Origin: an uncultured Actinomycetes bacterium
GTDB taxonomy: Bacteria; Actinomycetota; Thermoleophilia; Gaiellales; JAICJC01
Assembly (NCBI GenBank): GCA_963708365.1
Contig: CAVPSM010000013.1
Span: 123,345-187,344, forward strand
DNA length: 64,000 nt
Direction: 5' to 3'
This document shows, in pieces, positions 38,192-47,827 of this stretch; within the stretch, counting starts at the first letter, position 1; each line of letters starts with the position of its first letter. Under the pieces are notes generated by a model. That model searched no databases, had not been told where the DNA came from, and saw nothing but the letters and a program-made list of their open reading frames with translations. The translations under genes were made by a program, and so were the position numbers.

Positions 38192-39253
38192 TCAAGGCTC
38201 CGAAGGCCCCAACCCCCAGAGGACGACCGATGACTGTCGTCCGCGCACGGCGACCTCCCCGATGTGCTGGAGGTCAGGCGGCGGACGAAGAAGGGCGGTT
38301 CGGGTCGACTCGGCCAGCAGAATCGGAGTGCCGATCGTCTTGGTCAGCCCCTCGATCCGCGACGCCGTGTTGACGGTATCTCCGTGCACCGTGTACTCGA
38401 GCCGCCGCAGTGAACCGACGTTGCCGGACATGAACTTGCCGCTGTTCAGTCCCACTCCCATCCGCACCTCCTGCCCCAGCCCATTCGTGCGCAGCCAAGC
38501 GTTGAAGCGCGGGAGGCGTGCTTCTACCATCTCGCGAGCCGTGGCTAGTGCCCGATCGGCGTGGTCCTCCACCTCGATAGGAGCGCCGAACACGGCGAGG
38601 AAACCGTCGCCACGGTAGGCAACGAGCGTCCCGCCGTTCTCGAGGATGGCGTCGCTCGTCTCGTCGAAGTAGTGGTTGAGTGCCTCGATCACGAGCTGCG
38701 GCGATCGGTTCTCCGAGAATGCGGTGAACCCGCGTAGATCGGTGAACATGACGGTGCCGATCGTGCTCACGCCACCCAGGCGAAGGTCGCCGGCCGCCCT
38801 CTCGAGGACGTCATCGACCACATGCTCGGGGAGAAACCGGCTGAACGTGTCATGCACCCGCGCGCGCTCCAGATCGTGCAGCCGCTTCTTGGTCAGGCCG
38901 GCATTGATCCTGGCACGCAGGATCACCGGATTGAACGGCTTTGGTAGGTAGTCCTCCGCCCCGATCTCGATGCAACGGACAACGCTCGCGGTTTCGTCCA
39001 CCGCCGAGATCATGATCACCGGTACATCCTGCGCACCCGGCGTCGCCTTGAGCCGCTCCAGCACCGACACGCCGTCAAGCTCGGGCATGAGGATGTCCAG
39101 CAGAACCACGTCGCTCGCCTCCTCGGCGAACAAGTCGAGTGCTTCGGCGCCGTTCGCAGCCGCTCGCACGACATGGCCATCCCGCTCAAGCAGGCGGCGG
39201 AGAAGCTTGCGGCTGACGCCGTCGTCGTCGGCGATGAGAATTGTGGCGCACAA
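38192..39253 (-). CDS. Response-regulator receiver fused to a class III adenylate/guanylate cyclase
   Basis: 353-aa ORF. REC: ILIADDDGVSRKLL...VLLDILMPELDG...DYLPKPF. Cyclase: TVMFTDLRGFTAFSE...AYRGDGFLAVFGAP...GLNSGKFMSGNVGS...YTVHGDTVNTASRIE. Confidence 0.9.
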   Translation of the reverse strand: MCATILIADDDGVSRKLLRRLLERDGHVVRAAANGAEALDLFAEEASDVVLLDILMPELDGVSVLERLKATPGAQDVPVIMISAVDETASVVRCIEIGAEDYLPKPFNPVILRARINAGLTKKRLHDLERARVHDTFSRFLPEHVVDDVLERAAGDLRLGGVSTIGTVMFTDLRGFTAFSENRSPQLVIEALNHYFDETSDAILENGGTLVAYRGDGFLAVFGAPIEVEDHADRALATAREMVEARLPRFNAWLRTNGLGQEVRMGVGLNSGKFMSGNVGSLRRLEYTVHGDTVNTASRIEGLTKTIGTPILLAESTRTALLRPPPDLQHIGEVAVRGRQSSVVLWGLGPSEP

Positions 39254-39368
39254 GACAAGGGGGGATTCTCGCTCTCGCAGTGAGCCGGGTCAAACGCGAC
39301 GGCCACACGGTTGGAAAGGCCCCGGAAACCGTATAGGCTCGCCGTGCCCCAAGACGATCAGGGATGAC

Positions 39369-39731
39369 ATGGAACCGTCCGCAGTCGACATGACGACGAT
39401 CCGCGAACTGCGTGAGAACACTGGGGGAGATCCCGAGTTCCTCGCAGAGCTGATCGACGAGTTCATCGACGATGCTCCAGTCCAGCTGGAGGCGATGCGC
39501 GCTGCTCTCGGATCGGGAGATGCGACCGGCGCGAGGCGCGCCGCGCATACGCTCAAAGGCAATAGCCGGACGTTCGGAGCCACGAGCCTTGCGACGCTCT
39601 GCCAGGACGCCGAGCACGCGGCGGCGGCGGGCGATCTGGACGCGGTGCGCGACCGTCTGGCTGGGATCGATCAAGGGTGGGCACGGGTGCGGGCCGAGCT
39701 TCTGGTTCTTCGCGACGGCCGGGCCTTCTGA
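39369..39731 (+). CDS. Hpt (histidine phosphotransfer) domain protein
   Basis: 120 codons from the ATG at 39369 within ORF 38970..39731: ...FLAELIDEFIDDAPVQLEAMRAAL...ARRAAHTLKGNSRTFGA. Confidence 0.85.
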   Translation: MEPSAVDMTTIRELRENTGGDPEFLAELIDEFIDDAPVQLEAMRAALGSGDATGARRAAHTLKGNSRTFGATSLATLCQDAEHAAAAGDLDAVRDRLAGIDQGWARVRAELLVLRDGRAF

Positions 39732-39759
39732 TGAGGCCTGTGACGACCGTCGAGCGCCG

Positions 39760-42700
39760 ATGACCGAAACCAGCCCTGCCGCCGAGCTGGAGCAGCGCAA
39801 CGCCGAGCTTGCGCTAATCCGCGGCGTCCAGGAAGCGCTCGCGCAGGAGTTGGAACCGCAGGTGATCTATGACCTCGTGGGCGACCGGCTACAGGAAGTC
39901 TTCGATGCGCAGGTTGTCGACATTGCGGTCTATGACGAAACCGCCGGCCTCTTGCGTTTTCCGTATGCGATCGAGCGGGGTGTGCGCTTTCCGGACGAGC
40001 CCGTGGAGCTTATGGGGTATCGAAAGCACGCTATGGAAGTTGGGCGGCCGCTACTCATCAACGAGGACTCGGCGGCGGCCTCGGGTCGGTACGGCAATCC
40101 GGAGGTCCTGGCCGGCGAACCCGCCAAGTCCTTCCTCTTCGTACCGCTCCTTGTGGGCGGCCGGGCGATCGGAGTCATCTCGCTTCAGAACCTCGACCGC
40201 GAGCATGCCTTCTCCGACTCTGACGTAAGTCTCCTGACAACGCTCTGCGGCAGCCTCAGCGCCGCGCTCCAGAATGCACGCCTTCTGCACGAGACGCGCC
40301 AGCGCGCTGCCGAACTGGCGTTGATCAACAGCGTGCAGGAATAAATTGCCGGAGAGTTGGATCAGCAAGCGATCTACGACATCGTGGGGGAGCAGTTAGA
40401 GAAAGTGTTCAGCGCCCAGGTAGTGGACATCGCCGTCTATGACGAGGACGACGAGCTGCTGCGGTTTGTGTATCAGGTCGAGCGGGGCGTGCACTATCCG
40501 AATGTGACAATGCCGCTGATCGGATTCCGCAAGCACGTTATGGAGACGCGTCAGCCGCTTGCGATCCACGAGAACATCTCGGCTGCGATCGTTGAATATG
40601 GGAACCCCGAGGTGGTCACAGGGGAGGTCTCGAATGGCTCCGCTATCTTCCAGCCGCTGGTGGTCGGCGGGCGGGCGCGGGGAGTCATTTCGATTCAGAA
40701 CCTCGATATCGAGCACGCCTTCAGCGCATCAGACCATCAGCTGCTCGCAACCATCGCCGGCAGCCTCGGCGTGGCGCTCGAAAATGCGCGCCTGATCGAG
40801 GAGACACGTCAGCGGATAAACGAACTCGGGACGGTGAACAGCGTGGGACAGGCCCTCGCCGCACACCTCGAGCTCGGCGCGCTGATCGAACTGGTCGGCG
40901 AGCGCGTGCGGGAGACGTTCGAGGCGGATATCGCCTACGTCGCGCTGCTCGATAGGGCACTCAATCAAGTGGACTTCGCGTACTACTACGAGTCGGGAGA
41001 CCGATCGCCTCAGCCGCCGCTGGAGTACGGAGAAGGGCTGACGTCGCACATCATCAAGTCTCGCGAGCCACTCCTGTTGAACCGCTCCGAGCACTTCGAA
41101 CGGCTCACGTCCGTGGGGACACCATCGCGGTCATTCCTAGGCGTTCCGATCCTCGTTGGAGACGCGTCAATCGGCGCCATAAGCGTCCAGAGCATTGAGA
41201 AGGAGGGGCGATTCGGCGAGGCCGAGGCGCGTCTTCTGGCCACGATCGCCGCCAACGTCGGTGTGGCGATCCAGAACGCGCGCCTGTTCGCCGAGGTGGA
41301 GCGGCAGCGTCAGTACTTCGAGTCGCTGGTCGACGTCAGTCCAGTAGCCGTGATCGTCATGGATTCGGATCAGCGGGTGATCGATTGGAACCCGGCGGCC
41401 ACTGTACTCTTCGGCTACACCGCGGAAGAGGCGCGTGGACAGCTGATCGATGACCTCGTTTTCGGAGACAGCAGTCGCGAAGAGGGCGCGGAGATCACGC
41501 ACGAGGCCGTGTCCGGTGGCCGCGCCCACCGGATCACGCGTCGGCGGCGGAAGGACGGGTCCACTGTCGATGTCGAGCTGATGCTCGTCAGGCTGGCAGC
41601 ACCGGGGTCAGAGGTCGGCTTGCTCGGCATCTACCACGACATCACCGAGCTGCAGCGCGCACGAGAAGAAGCCGAGGCCGCGACCCAGGCAAAGAGCGCA
41701 TTCCTGGCAACGATGAGTCACGAGATCAGGACACCGATGAACGCAGTCATCGGCATGACGGATCTCCTGCTCGGCACTCAGCTGACGCAGGAGCAGCGCG
41801 AGTTCGCCGAGGTTGTTCACTCCAGCGGTGACGCTCTGCTCCACGTGATCGATGACATCCTCGACTACTCGAAGATCGAGGCCGGGATGCTCGAGCTCGA
41901 GGACCAGCCGTTTAATCTCCGCGAGTGCATCGAAGGCGCGCTCGAGATCGTGGCCCCGCGGGCGTGGGAGAAGGCGATCGAGGTGGGCTGCCTGATCGAC
42001 GAGCAGACGCCAGCCGGGATCAGAGGCGATGCTGCGCGGCTCCGACAGGTGCTCCTGAACCTGCTCTCAAACGCGGTCAAGTTCACGGACAGTGGCGAAG
42101 TTGTGGTGCTTGCCGACGGTGAGCCAACCGGCTCGGGCGCCTACCGGGTGAATCTCGACCGTCAGAGACACCGGAATCGGGATTCCGCCGGACCGGATGA
42201 ACCGGCTGTTTGCATCGTTCAGCCAGGTCGATGCATCGACAACCCGCCGCTACGGCGGAACTGGGCTGGGCCTTGCGATCTCGAAGCGCATCGTCGAGTT
42301 GATGGGAGGCTCGATCTCCGTCGAAAGCGTGGAGGGGCAGGGATCGACCTTCCGCATCACGCTCATCGCTGAGCCCGTCGAAGCACCTGCAAGCGCTGAA
42401 ACGCTGCCCGCGCTGCGTGGTAGGCGGATTCTGATCGTGGACGACAATACGACGAACCTCGAGATCGTCAGCAGGCATGCTCGATCATGGGGGATGGAGC
42501 CGGTCGCGGCCGAGCTGCCTGGAGCGGCCCTCGAACTCGTGCCTCGGGCGAGCGGTTCGATGTCGGCGTACTGGACATGATGATGCCGGAGATGGACGGT
42601 CTGCGCGCTCGCACGGGAGATCCGTCGGTACAGCGATCGGCGTAGTCTCCGCTGGTACTTCTGACCTCGCTCGGTCGGCTCGCCGACGCCGAGCCTCACC

Positions 42701-43215
42701 GAGGAGTTTTCCGCGCCAGTGTCGAAGCCGTTCAGGGCGTCGCAGATATACAACACCCTGGTCCGATCGATCGGCGCCGACGTCGCCGTGGAGGTACCGA
42801 CAGGACTGGAGACCGCAGATGCGGCAAGCCGGCCGCTCCACTGCGGATCCTGCTCGCCGAGGACAACCGCGTCAATCAGAAGGTCGCCCTCAGCCTCCTG
42901 AGCGGCTTGGCTACGGCGCCGACGTGGCATCGAACGGCCTCGAGGCGCTCGACGGCGCTGGAGCGCCAGCCGTACGACGTTGTGCTGATGGACGTCCAGA
43001 TGCCCGAGCTGGACGGACTGAACGCCTCCCGGCAGATCAACGAGCGGTGGCCGGCCGACACACGCCCGCGCATCATCGCGATGACTGCGAATGCAATGCA
43101 GGAGGATCGGGAGGCGTGCCTGGCGGCGGGTATGGACGACTACGTGGCGAAGCCGATCCGCCCCGAAGAGCTCGCGGCGGCGTTGAGGCGCGTTCGCCCA
43201 GTGAGCGTGGAGTAG
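39760..43215 (+). pseudogene. Hybrid sensor histidine kinase (3x GAF - PAS - HisKA - HATPase - 2x REC) with an in-frame TAA (40342-40344) and at least 6 frameshifts
   Basis: GAF1 is in 39760..40344 and ends INSVQE-TAA. GAF2/GAF3/PAS/HisKA follow in the same frame in ORF 40357..42372 (SHEIRTPMNAV). A 1-nt insertion near 42150 breaks ...RVNL/RDTGIGIPPDRMNRLFASFSQVD...GGTGLGLAISK (ORF 42197..42580). REC1 (RILIVDDNTTNLEIV...DVGVLDMMMPEMDG...SKPF) is spread over at least 3 frames. REC2 lies in ORF 42907..43215 (VVLMDVQMPELDG...DDYVAKPI). Confidence 0.85.
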
Positions 43216-43322
43216 CTCAGAGCCGGGCCAGCACGCCCACTCAGGGCGGATCGGGCAGTCGTCCGCCCAGTGGGTGTCTCAAACGCCAGCACGGTCGGCC
43301 CACCGCCGTATACGCTTGCGAC

Positions 43323-45000
43323 TTGGATCGGCTTCGAGCATCGGCGGGCGTGTTCGCCGCCGCAGCGCGGAACCGGACGCTGCTCCGTGTGGGCGTTGCC
43401 TTTACGGCATTCGTCGGCGCGCTCACGGGTGTTTGGGTCGCGCTGCTTGTCTACGCGTATGGCGACGGTGGGGGGGCCACCGCGGCGAGCGTGATGGCGC
43501 TCGTGCAGCTTGTTCCGGGTGCGCTGTTTGCCACTCATCTCGGCTCGCTGGCGGATCGTCATCGGCCTGGCCGTGTCTTGTTTTGGGCGTATGCGGTGCT
43601 GGCGCTGTCGCTGGCGGCGGTGGCGGTGTTGATAGAGGTGGGGGCGCCACGGTGGTCGGTGTTCGCGCTCGCGCCGGTTGTCAATCTGGCCGTCTGCGTC
43701 CCGCGCCCGGCGCAGGCCGTGCTCCTGCCGTCGGTGGTGACGTCCCCCCATGAGCTCGCGGCCGCGAACGCTGGTGAGGGATGGCTGGAGAGTGCCGGCA
43801 CGCTGGCCGCGCCGATCGGTGTCGCCGTGCTGCTGACCGTGGGCGGTGCGGGCGCGGCGGTGAGCGGCATGGTCATTCTCGCCGTCGTTGCGATGCTCTG
43901 TGTTGCGACGATCCCGGGTCCGGCGCCCTACTCCCCGGGCTCGGACAGTCGACTCGACGCGCCAGAAGAGTCGGGTGGCCTACGACTGTTGGTGGGGAAC
44001 TCGGCGGCTCTCACGCTAATGGCGGTGCTGGGTGGCCAGAACATCCTGGTGGGCGCGCTGGATCTGATCTTTGTCGTGCTTGCCTTCGGTGAGCTCGGGA
44101 TGGGGCAGGGCGGGGCTGGCTATCTGACTGCCGCATTCGGCGCCGGCGGACTCCTCGCGATTACGATCACCGGCCTCATGGTCGGCGGGCGCCGGCAAGC
44201 GCACGCCCTGATCGCCGCAGGGCTCGCAGGACCCGTTGCGCTCCTCCTGCTCGCCGGGTACACGTCGGTTGCGAGTGCCATGATCCTGTTCACCCTGGCG
44301 GGCCTGGGCAGGGGCGTGTGCGACGTGACCGGCCGCACCCTGCTGCAGCGAACCGCGCCACCACAGATACTCGCGCAAGTCTTCGGGATGCTGGAGGCAC
44401 TCGCGTGCGCCGGACTCGCCATCGGCGCCATCATCGTCCCGCTCCTCGTCGGCCTGGGGGGCGCCACGGGCGCGCTGGTGGGAACTGCGCTCGTGGTCAT
44501 CGCCATCATCGCCCTACTCACCCCCCGCCTGCGCGCCGTCGATGCATCAGCGAACGTGCCTATTGTCGAGTTGCGCCTACTGCGATCTATTCCTCTGTTC
44601 GCAGCGCTGCCGGCGCCATCGCTGAAACGCTTGCGGCGTCGCTCACTCCGGAGCACGTACCCGCCGGAACGGTGGTCATTCGCGAGGGTGATACCGCCGA
44701 TCGCTACTACGCCATCGCACGCGGCGAACTCGACGTCCTCAAGCACGACACCGTCGTGGTGACCCGCAGCCGCGCCGAGGGAGTTGGCGAGATCGCGCTC
44801 ATCCGCAACAGCCCACGCACCTCAACCGTCATCGCCCGAACCGACGCCGACCTCTACGCCCTCGAACGCGAACCATTCCTGTTCGCCCTCACCGGTCACA
44901 CCACCACGCGCACCACCGCCGACACCATCGTCGACCAACGACTCGACGAACTCCAACCGCCAGCGACCAACCCGTCACGGCGCTCCCCGGGCCGGACGAA
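43323..45000 (+). pseudogene. MFS transporter fused to a C-terminal cyclic-nucleotide-binding domain, frameshift near 44620; 3' end uncertain
   Basis: The MFS body lies in the frame of ORF 42477..44762 (...LLRVGVAFTAFVGALTGVWVALLVYAYG...). The cNMP domain continues in ORF 44318..45223 (VPAGTVVIREGDTADRYYAIARGELDVL...GVGEIALIRNSPRTSTVIARTDADLYALEREPF). That frame formally stays open to 45223. Confidence 0.7.
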
Positions 45001-45056
45001 GCCACCGGCACATAGGCAACACGGGCTCCCCCCACGAGCCCCCACATCGGGAACGA

Positions 45057-45160
45057 TGCGCCCGGCACGATTCGAACGTGCGTACGGACTTGCGGTCTGG
45101 ACCCCGGTCGGGACTGCCCGGGTACATGACTCGGTTGGGTGTTCCGACGGTACGGGTCGC
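45057..45160 (-). other. tRNA-like remnant: tRNA-Arg-like 5' end and perfect T-arm/acceptor, but an aberrant 68-nt interior
   Basis: The minus strand reads GCG(A)CCCGTA...[68 nt]...GCACG-TTCGAAT-CGTGC-CGGGCGC-A. The acceptor halves pair perfectly if the bracketed A is removed. I could not fold a convincing D or anticodon arm. Confidence 0.35.
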
Positions 45161-45319
45161 GCTGGGCGAACCAGAACGGTTGTGCTCCGGTCGGGCGGCC
45201 GTCGAGATCAAGCGGGTTGCTGAGAACGGCGGATTCCAGCGGACGGGAGCGGATCACGGCGATCACTTGCGGCGTGGCCGAATGAGGAAAACGGGTCAAC
45301 CATCGGTGTTTCGGCCTAA

Positions 45320-45396
45320 CGGAGCGGCGCAGGATCGAACCTACCAACCGTTGGGTTACAACGGCCTGCCGGTTTTGAAGACCGGACGGTCGCTCC
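45320..45396 (-). tRNA. selC-like (tRNA-Sec, anticodon UCA) remnant lacking a D arm; probable pseudogene
   Basis: The minus strand reads GGAGCGAC-CGT-CCGGT-CTTCAAA-ACCGG-CAG-GCCGTTG-TAACC-CAACGGT-TG-GTAGG-TTCGAT-CCTGC-GCCGCTCC-G. This gives an 8-bp acceptor (7/8 paired), a CUUCAAA anticodon loop, a long variable arm, a 5-bp T stem, a 6-nt T loop (one nt short) and discriminator G. About 17 nt of D arm are missing. Confidence 0.5.
45365..45384. repeat. 20-nt direct repeat, right copy (CCTGCCGGTTTTGAAGACCG)
   Basis: Identical to 37812-37831. It lies inside the selC-like remnant. Confidence 0.85.
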
Positions 45397-45520
45397 ACGC
45401 CTTGACCACGACCCAGCCCCTCGGTGCGTATCGGCACCTGCCCACGCCACCCCATGTCTGCGCGCGCCGGACGCGGCCCGAGCGCTACATTTGACCCCAC
45501 CCCACCCACGGGAGGCCACA

Positions 45521-46209
45521 ATGGATGTCGACCCCGCAAAGACCGCCGTCGTCCTGATCGAGTACCAGAACGACTTCACGACCGATGGAGGCGCCCTGCA
45601 CGACGCCGTCAAGGGCGTCATGGACGACTCCGGCATGCTCGCCAACTCGCGCCGCATGGCCGACGAGGCGCGCAAGGCCGGCGCCACCGTCATCCACGCG
45701 CCGATCACCTTCGCGCCCGGCTACGGCGAGCTCGGGAACCACGAGAAGGTCTACGGGATCCTCAAGGGCGTGATCGACTCGACCGCGTTCGTCAAGGGCA
45801 CCTGGGGCGCCGAGATCTGCGACGAGATGGCGCCGGCAGGGCGGACATCGTCGTCGAGGGCAAGCGCGGGCTCGACACATTCGCGACCACGAACCTCGAC
45901 TTCATCCTGCGCAGCCGGGAGATCGAGACCGTCATGCTCGGCGGCTTCCTCACCAACTGCTGCGTCGAGTCGACCATGCGCTCGGCCTACGAGAAGGGCT
46001 ACGACGTCATCACGCTCACCGACTGCACCGCCGCCACGAGCGCGGAGGAGCAGCAGTCGGCCACATCGCAGGACTACCCGATGTTCTCGCAGCCGATGAC
46101 GAGCGCCGAGGCCATCGGCATGCTGCAGGGCGCGGGCGAGGTCGTCGACTCGAGCAAGGCCTACAACGACATGGCCGACACCGGCTCGACCGCCTCATGG
46201 ACCGCCTGA
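45521..46209 (+). pseudogene. Isochorismatase-family cysteine hydrolase, one frameshift near 45840
   Basis: ATG at 45521 after GGGAGG: MDVDPAKTAVVLIEYQNDF...ATVIHAPITFAPGY...GTWGAEICDEMAP (ORF 45491..46099), continuing as ADIVVEGKRGLDTFATTNLDFILRSREIETVMLGGFLTNCCVESTMR (ORF 45424..46209). Confidence 0.8.
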
Positions 46210-46355
46210 CCTCACGCCACACGAAGATCGTCGGCGCCGGCCATCCCCCCGGAGACACGGAGCCGGAGACCGGCTCGGACGAACTGTCCGAGGAGCTCGA
46301 GGCCGACAACGGAGCAGATTCTCCGGCGGCGGAGCCACCGCCCGCGAACGACTAG
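46197..46355 (+). CDS. Small acidic protein (52 aa), paralogue 1
   Basis: My translation is MDRLTSRHTKIVGAGHPPGDTEPETGSDELSEELEADNGADSPAAEPPPAND. It is not in the ORF track, presumably because it is below the length cutoff. It overlaps the isochorismatase 3' end by 13 nt. It is clearly homologous to 47828..48019. Confidence 0.5.
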   Translation: MDRLTSRHTKIVGAGHPPGDTEPETGSDELSEELEADNGADSPAAEPPPAND

Positions 46356-47744
46356 CAGCTCCGTACGAGGTCGCCGGCATCGGCGTGGCACACATCGAGA
46401 CCGACGCCGCCATATACGATGTCGCCCGGCATGCCGTCGTGTCCGTCGACCGTATCGTCGCCAGGGCCGCCGTAGAGGTGATCGCGTCCTGGCCCGCCGA
46501 TCACAAAGTCAGCGCCCGCCATGCCGCGGAGGATGTTCGGGACGTCCCCGCCGTGGATCGTGTCGTCCTCCCAGCGCGAGCCGATGACATCCTCGATCCC
46601 GGAGAGAAACTCGGTGCCTCGAGCGAAGGCACGGAACGCGACACGAACGCGAAGCCCCGGCCGCGGCAGCCACTGGTACGACACCGTGTCGTGCCCGCCA
46701 CGCCCACCCGAGATGACGTCCTGGCCGCCCCGCCCGGCGATCGTGTCGCCGCCGCCGAGCCCGCAGATCACGTCGTTGCCGGGCGTGCCGACGAGCCGGT
46801 CGGAGCCGCTCGTGCCGGTGATCGTGCATGCGACCGGCTTCCACGCCGGCTCACGGGTATGCCGGCAACGAGGATCGGTCGCGCCCGTCGGGCCGCATCG
46901 ATCATCGTGTCGATCTCGTGTGGAAGCCCGCGTGAGAAGGCGATCTCGCCGCCGTCGGGCGACCAGGCCGGATCGGACGCGGACAGCGCCAGCGGGGTGA
47001 CGAAGTGCTTCCCCGACCCGTCGCTGTTCATGACGATGATCCGGTCGATTGTCAGCCGCAGCGTGGCGTCGTAGAAGCGGTCGAACGCGATCCGGGTGCT
47101 GTCCGGCGACCACGTCGGGCTGAAGTCCTGCGTCCCGCCCATGTTCTGGCGACGGCAGGACGTCAGCGCCCGCCGGGCCGGTGCCGTTGGGATGCACGAC
47201 CCAGATCCGGTTGCAGAGTCCTCCGTGGAGGATCGCCCGGTATGCGATCAGGTGCCCGTCCGGTGACCAGGCCGGATCGGTCTCGAGAGCGCCGCCAGCT
47301 GTTCGTGATCGGGTGCTGGTTCGCGCCGGCGCTCGTCATCACCCAGATGTGGCAGTCCGTCGATCCGCAGCGGGTGAAGGCGATCCGCGTTTCCGTCCGG
47401 CGACCAGGCCGGCTGGCTGTCCTCGGCGGAATCCGTCGTCAGCCGCACGACGCCCGACCCGTCGGCGTTCATGACGTAGATGTCGCCGCCGCCGGTGCGG
47501 GTGCTGTCGAAGGCGATCTTGGCGCCGTCGGGCGAGAAGGCGCGGGTCGAGATCCTTGCCCGGGCCGTGGCTCACCTGCACGCGATGCGAGCCGTCCGGG
47601 AGCGCTCTGACGATGCGGGCGTTCGGCGCGACGAACGCGAACCCGCCGTTGGCGGCGGGCGTCGCCGCCTGCGCCGAGCTCACGCCCGGCGCCGCTCACA
47701 AGCGCCGCCAACGCAAGCGCTCGGCCCCACCGCCATCGGGCCAT
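46352..47744 (-). pseudogene. Secreted PD40/TolB-like beta-propeller plus RTX (hemolysin-type Ca-binding repeat) protein, at least 6 frameshifts
   Basis: Signal peptide MARWRWGRALALAALVSGAG (ORF 47469..47810). PD40 pieces include [24 protein letters not shown] and [14 protein letters not shown], spread across ORFs 47339.., 47248.. and 46768... The C-terminal part reads GTSGSDRLVGTPGNDVICGLGGGDTIAGRGGQDVISGG...GGPGRDHLYGGPGDDTVDG (ORF 46352..47197). Confidence 0.8.
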
Positions 47745-47827
47745 CGTCCACCCTCCCCGTCGACCCTTTGTGCGAACTGTCACTCTCCCACAACACGTGG
47801 CGGCGTGCAACCACTACACTCCCCGCC

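Noticed and set aside
37621-38230. Possibility that the 570-bp gap encodes tmRNA or RNase P RNA. GGGGCC… and …GGCCCC ends lie about 440 nt apart, with CGGCTTA and GGTTCAAGG strings.
   Set aside because: The tmRNA 5' GGGGNNGA…TTCGAC motif, a G-U third acceptor pair, a proper T arm before CCA and an alanine-rich tag ORF ending in a stop could not be found. The RNase P signatures (GAGGAAAGTCCGGGC, ACAGAACCCGGCTTA) are absent on both strands.
37812-45384. Search for an integrase, excisionase, transposase or conjugation gene that would make the 7.5-kb island a recognisable mobile element
   Set aside because: All six frames were read. Every sizeable ORF is accounted for by signalling or transport genes or by antisense artefacts. 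The island is therefore reported only as a compositional and repeat-bounded hypothesis, not as a mobile_element feature.
35218-45396. Idea that the selC-like tRNA(UCA) decodes the in-frame TGA of the anti-sigma gene, by selenocysteine insertion or UGA suppression
   Set aside because: TGA is by far the commonest genuine stop in this window. No SECIS-like hairpin follows 35218. No selA/selB/selD genes are nearby. The tRNA-like sequence lacks a D arm. The other in-frame stop, in the kinase, is TAA rather than TGA.
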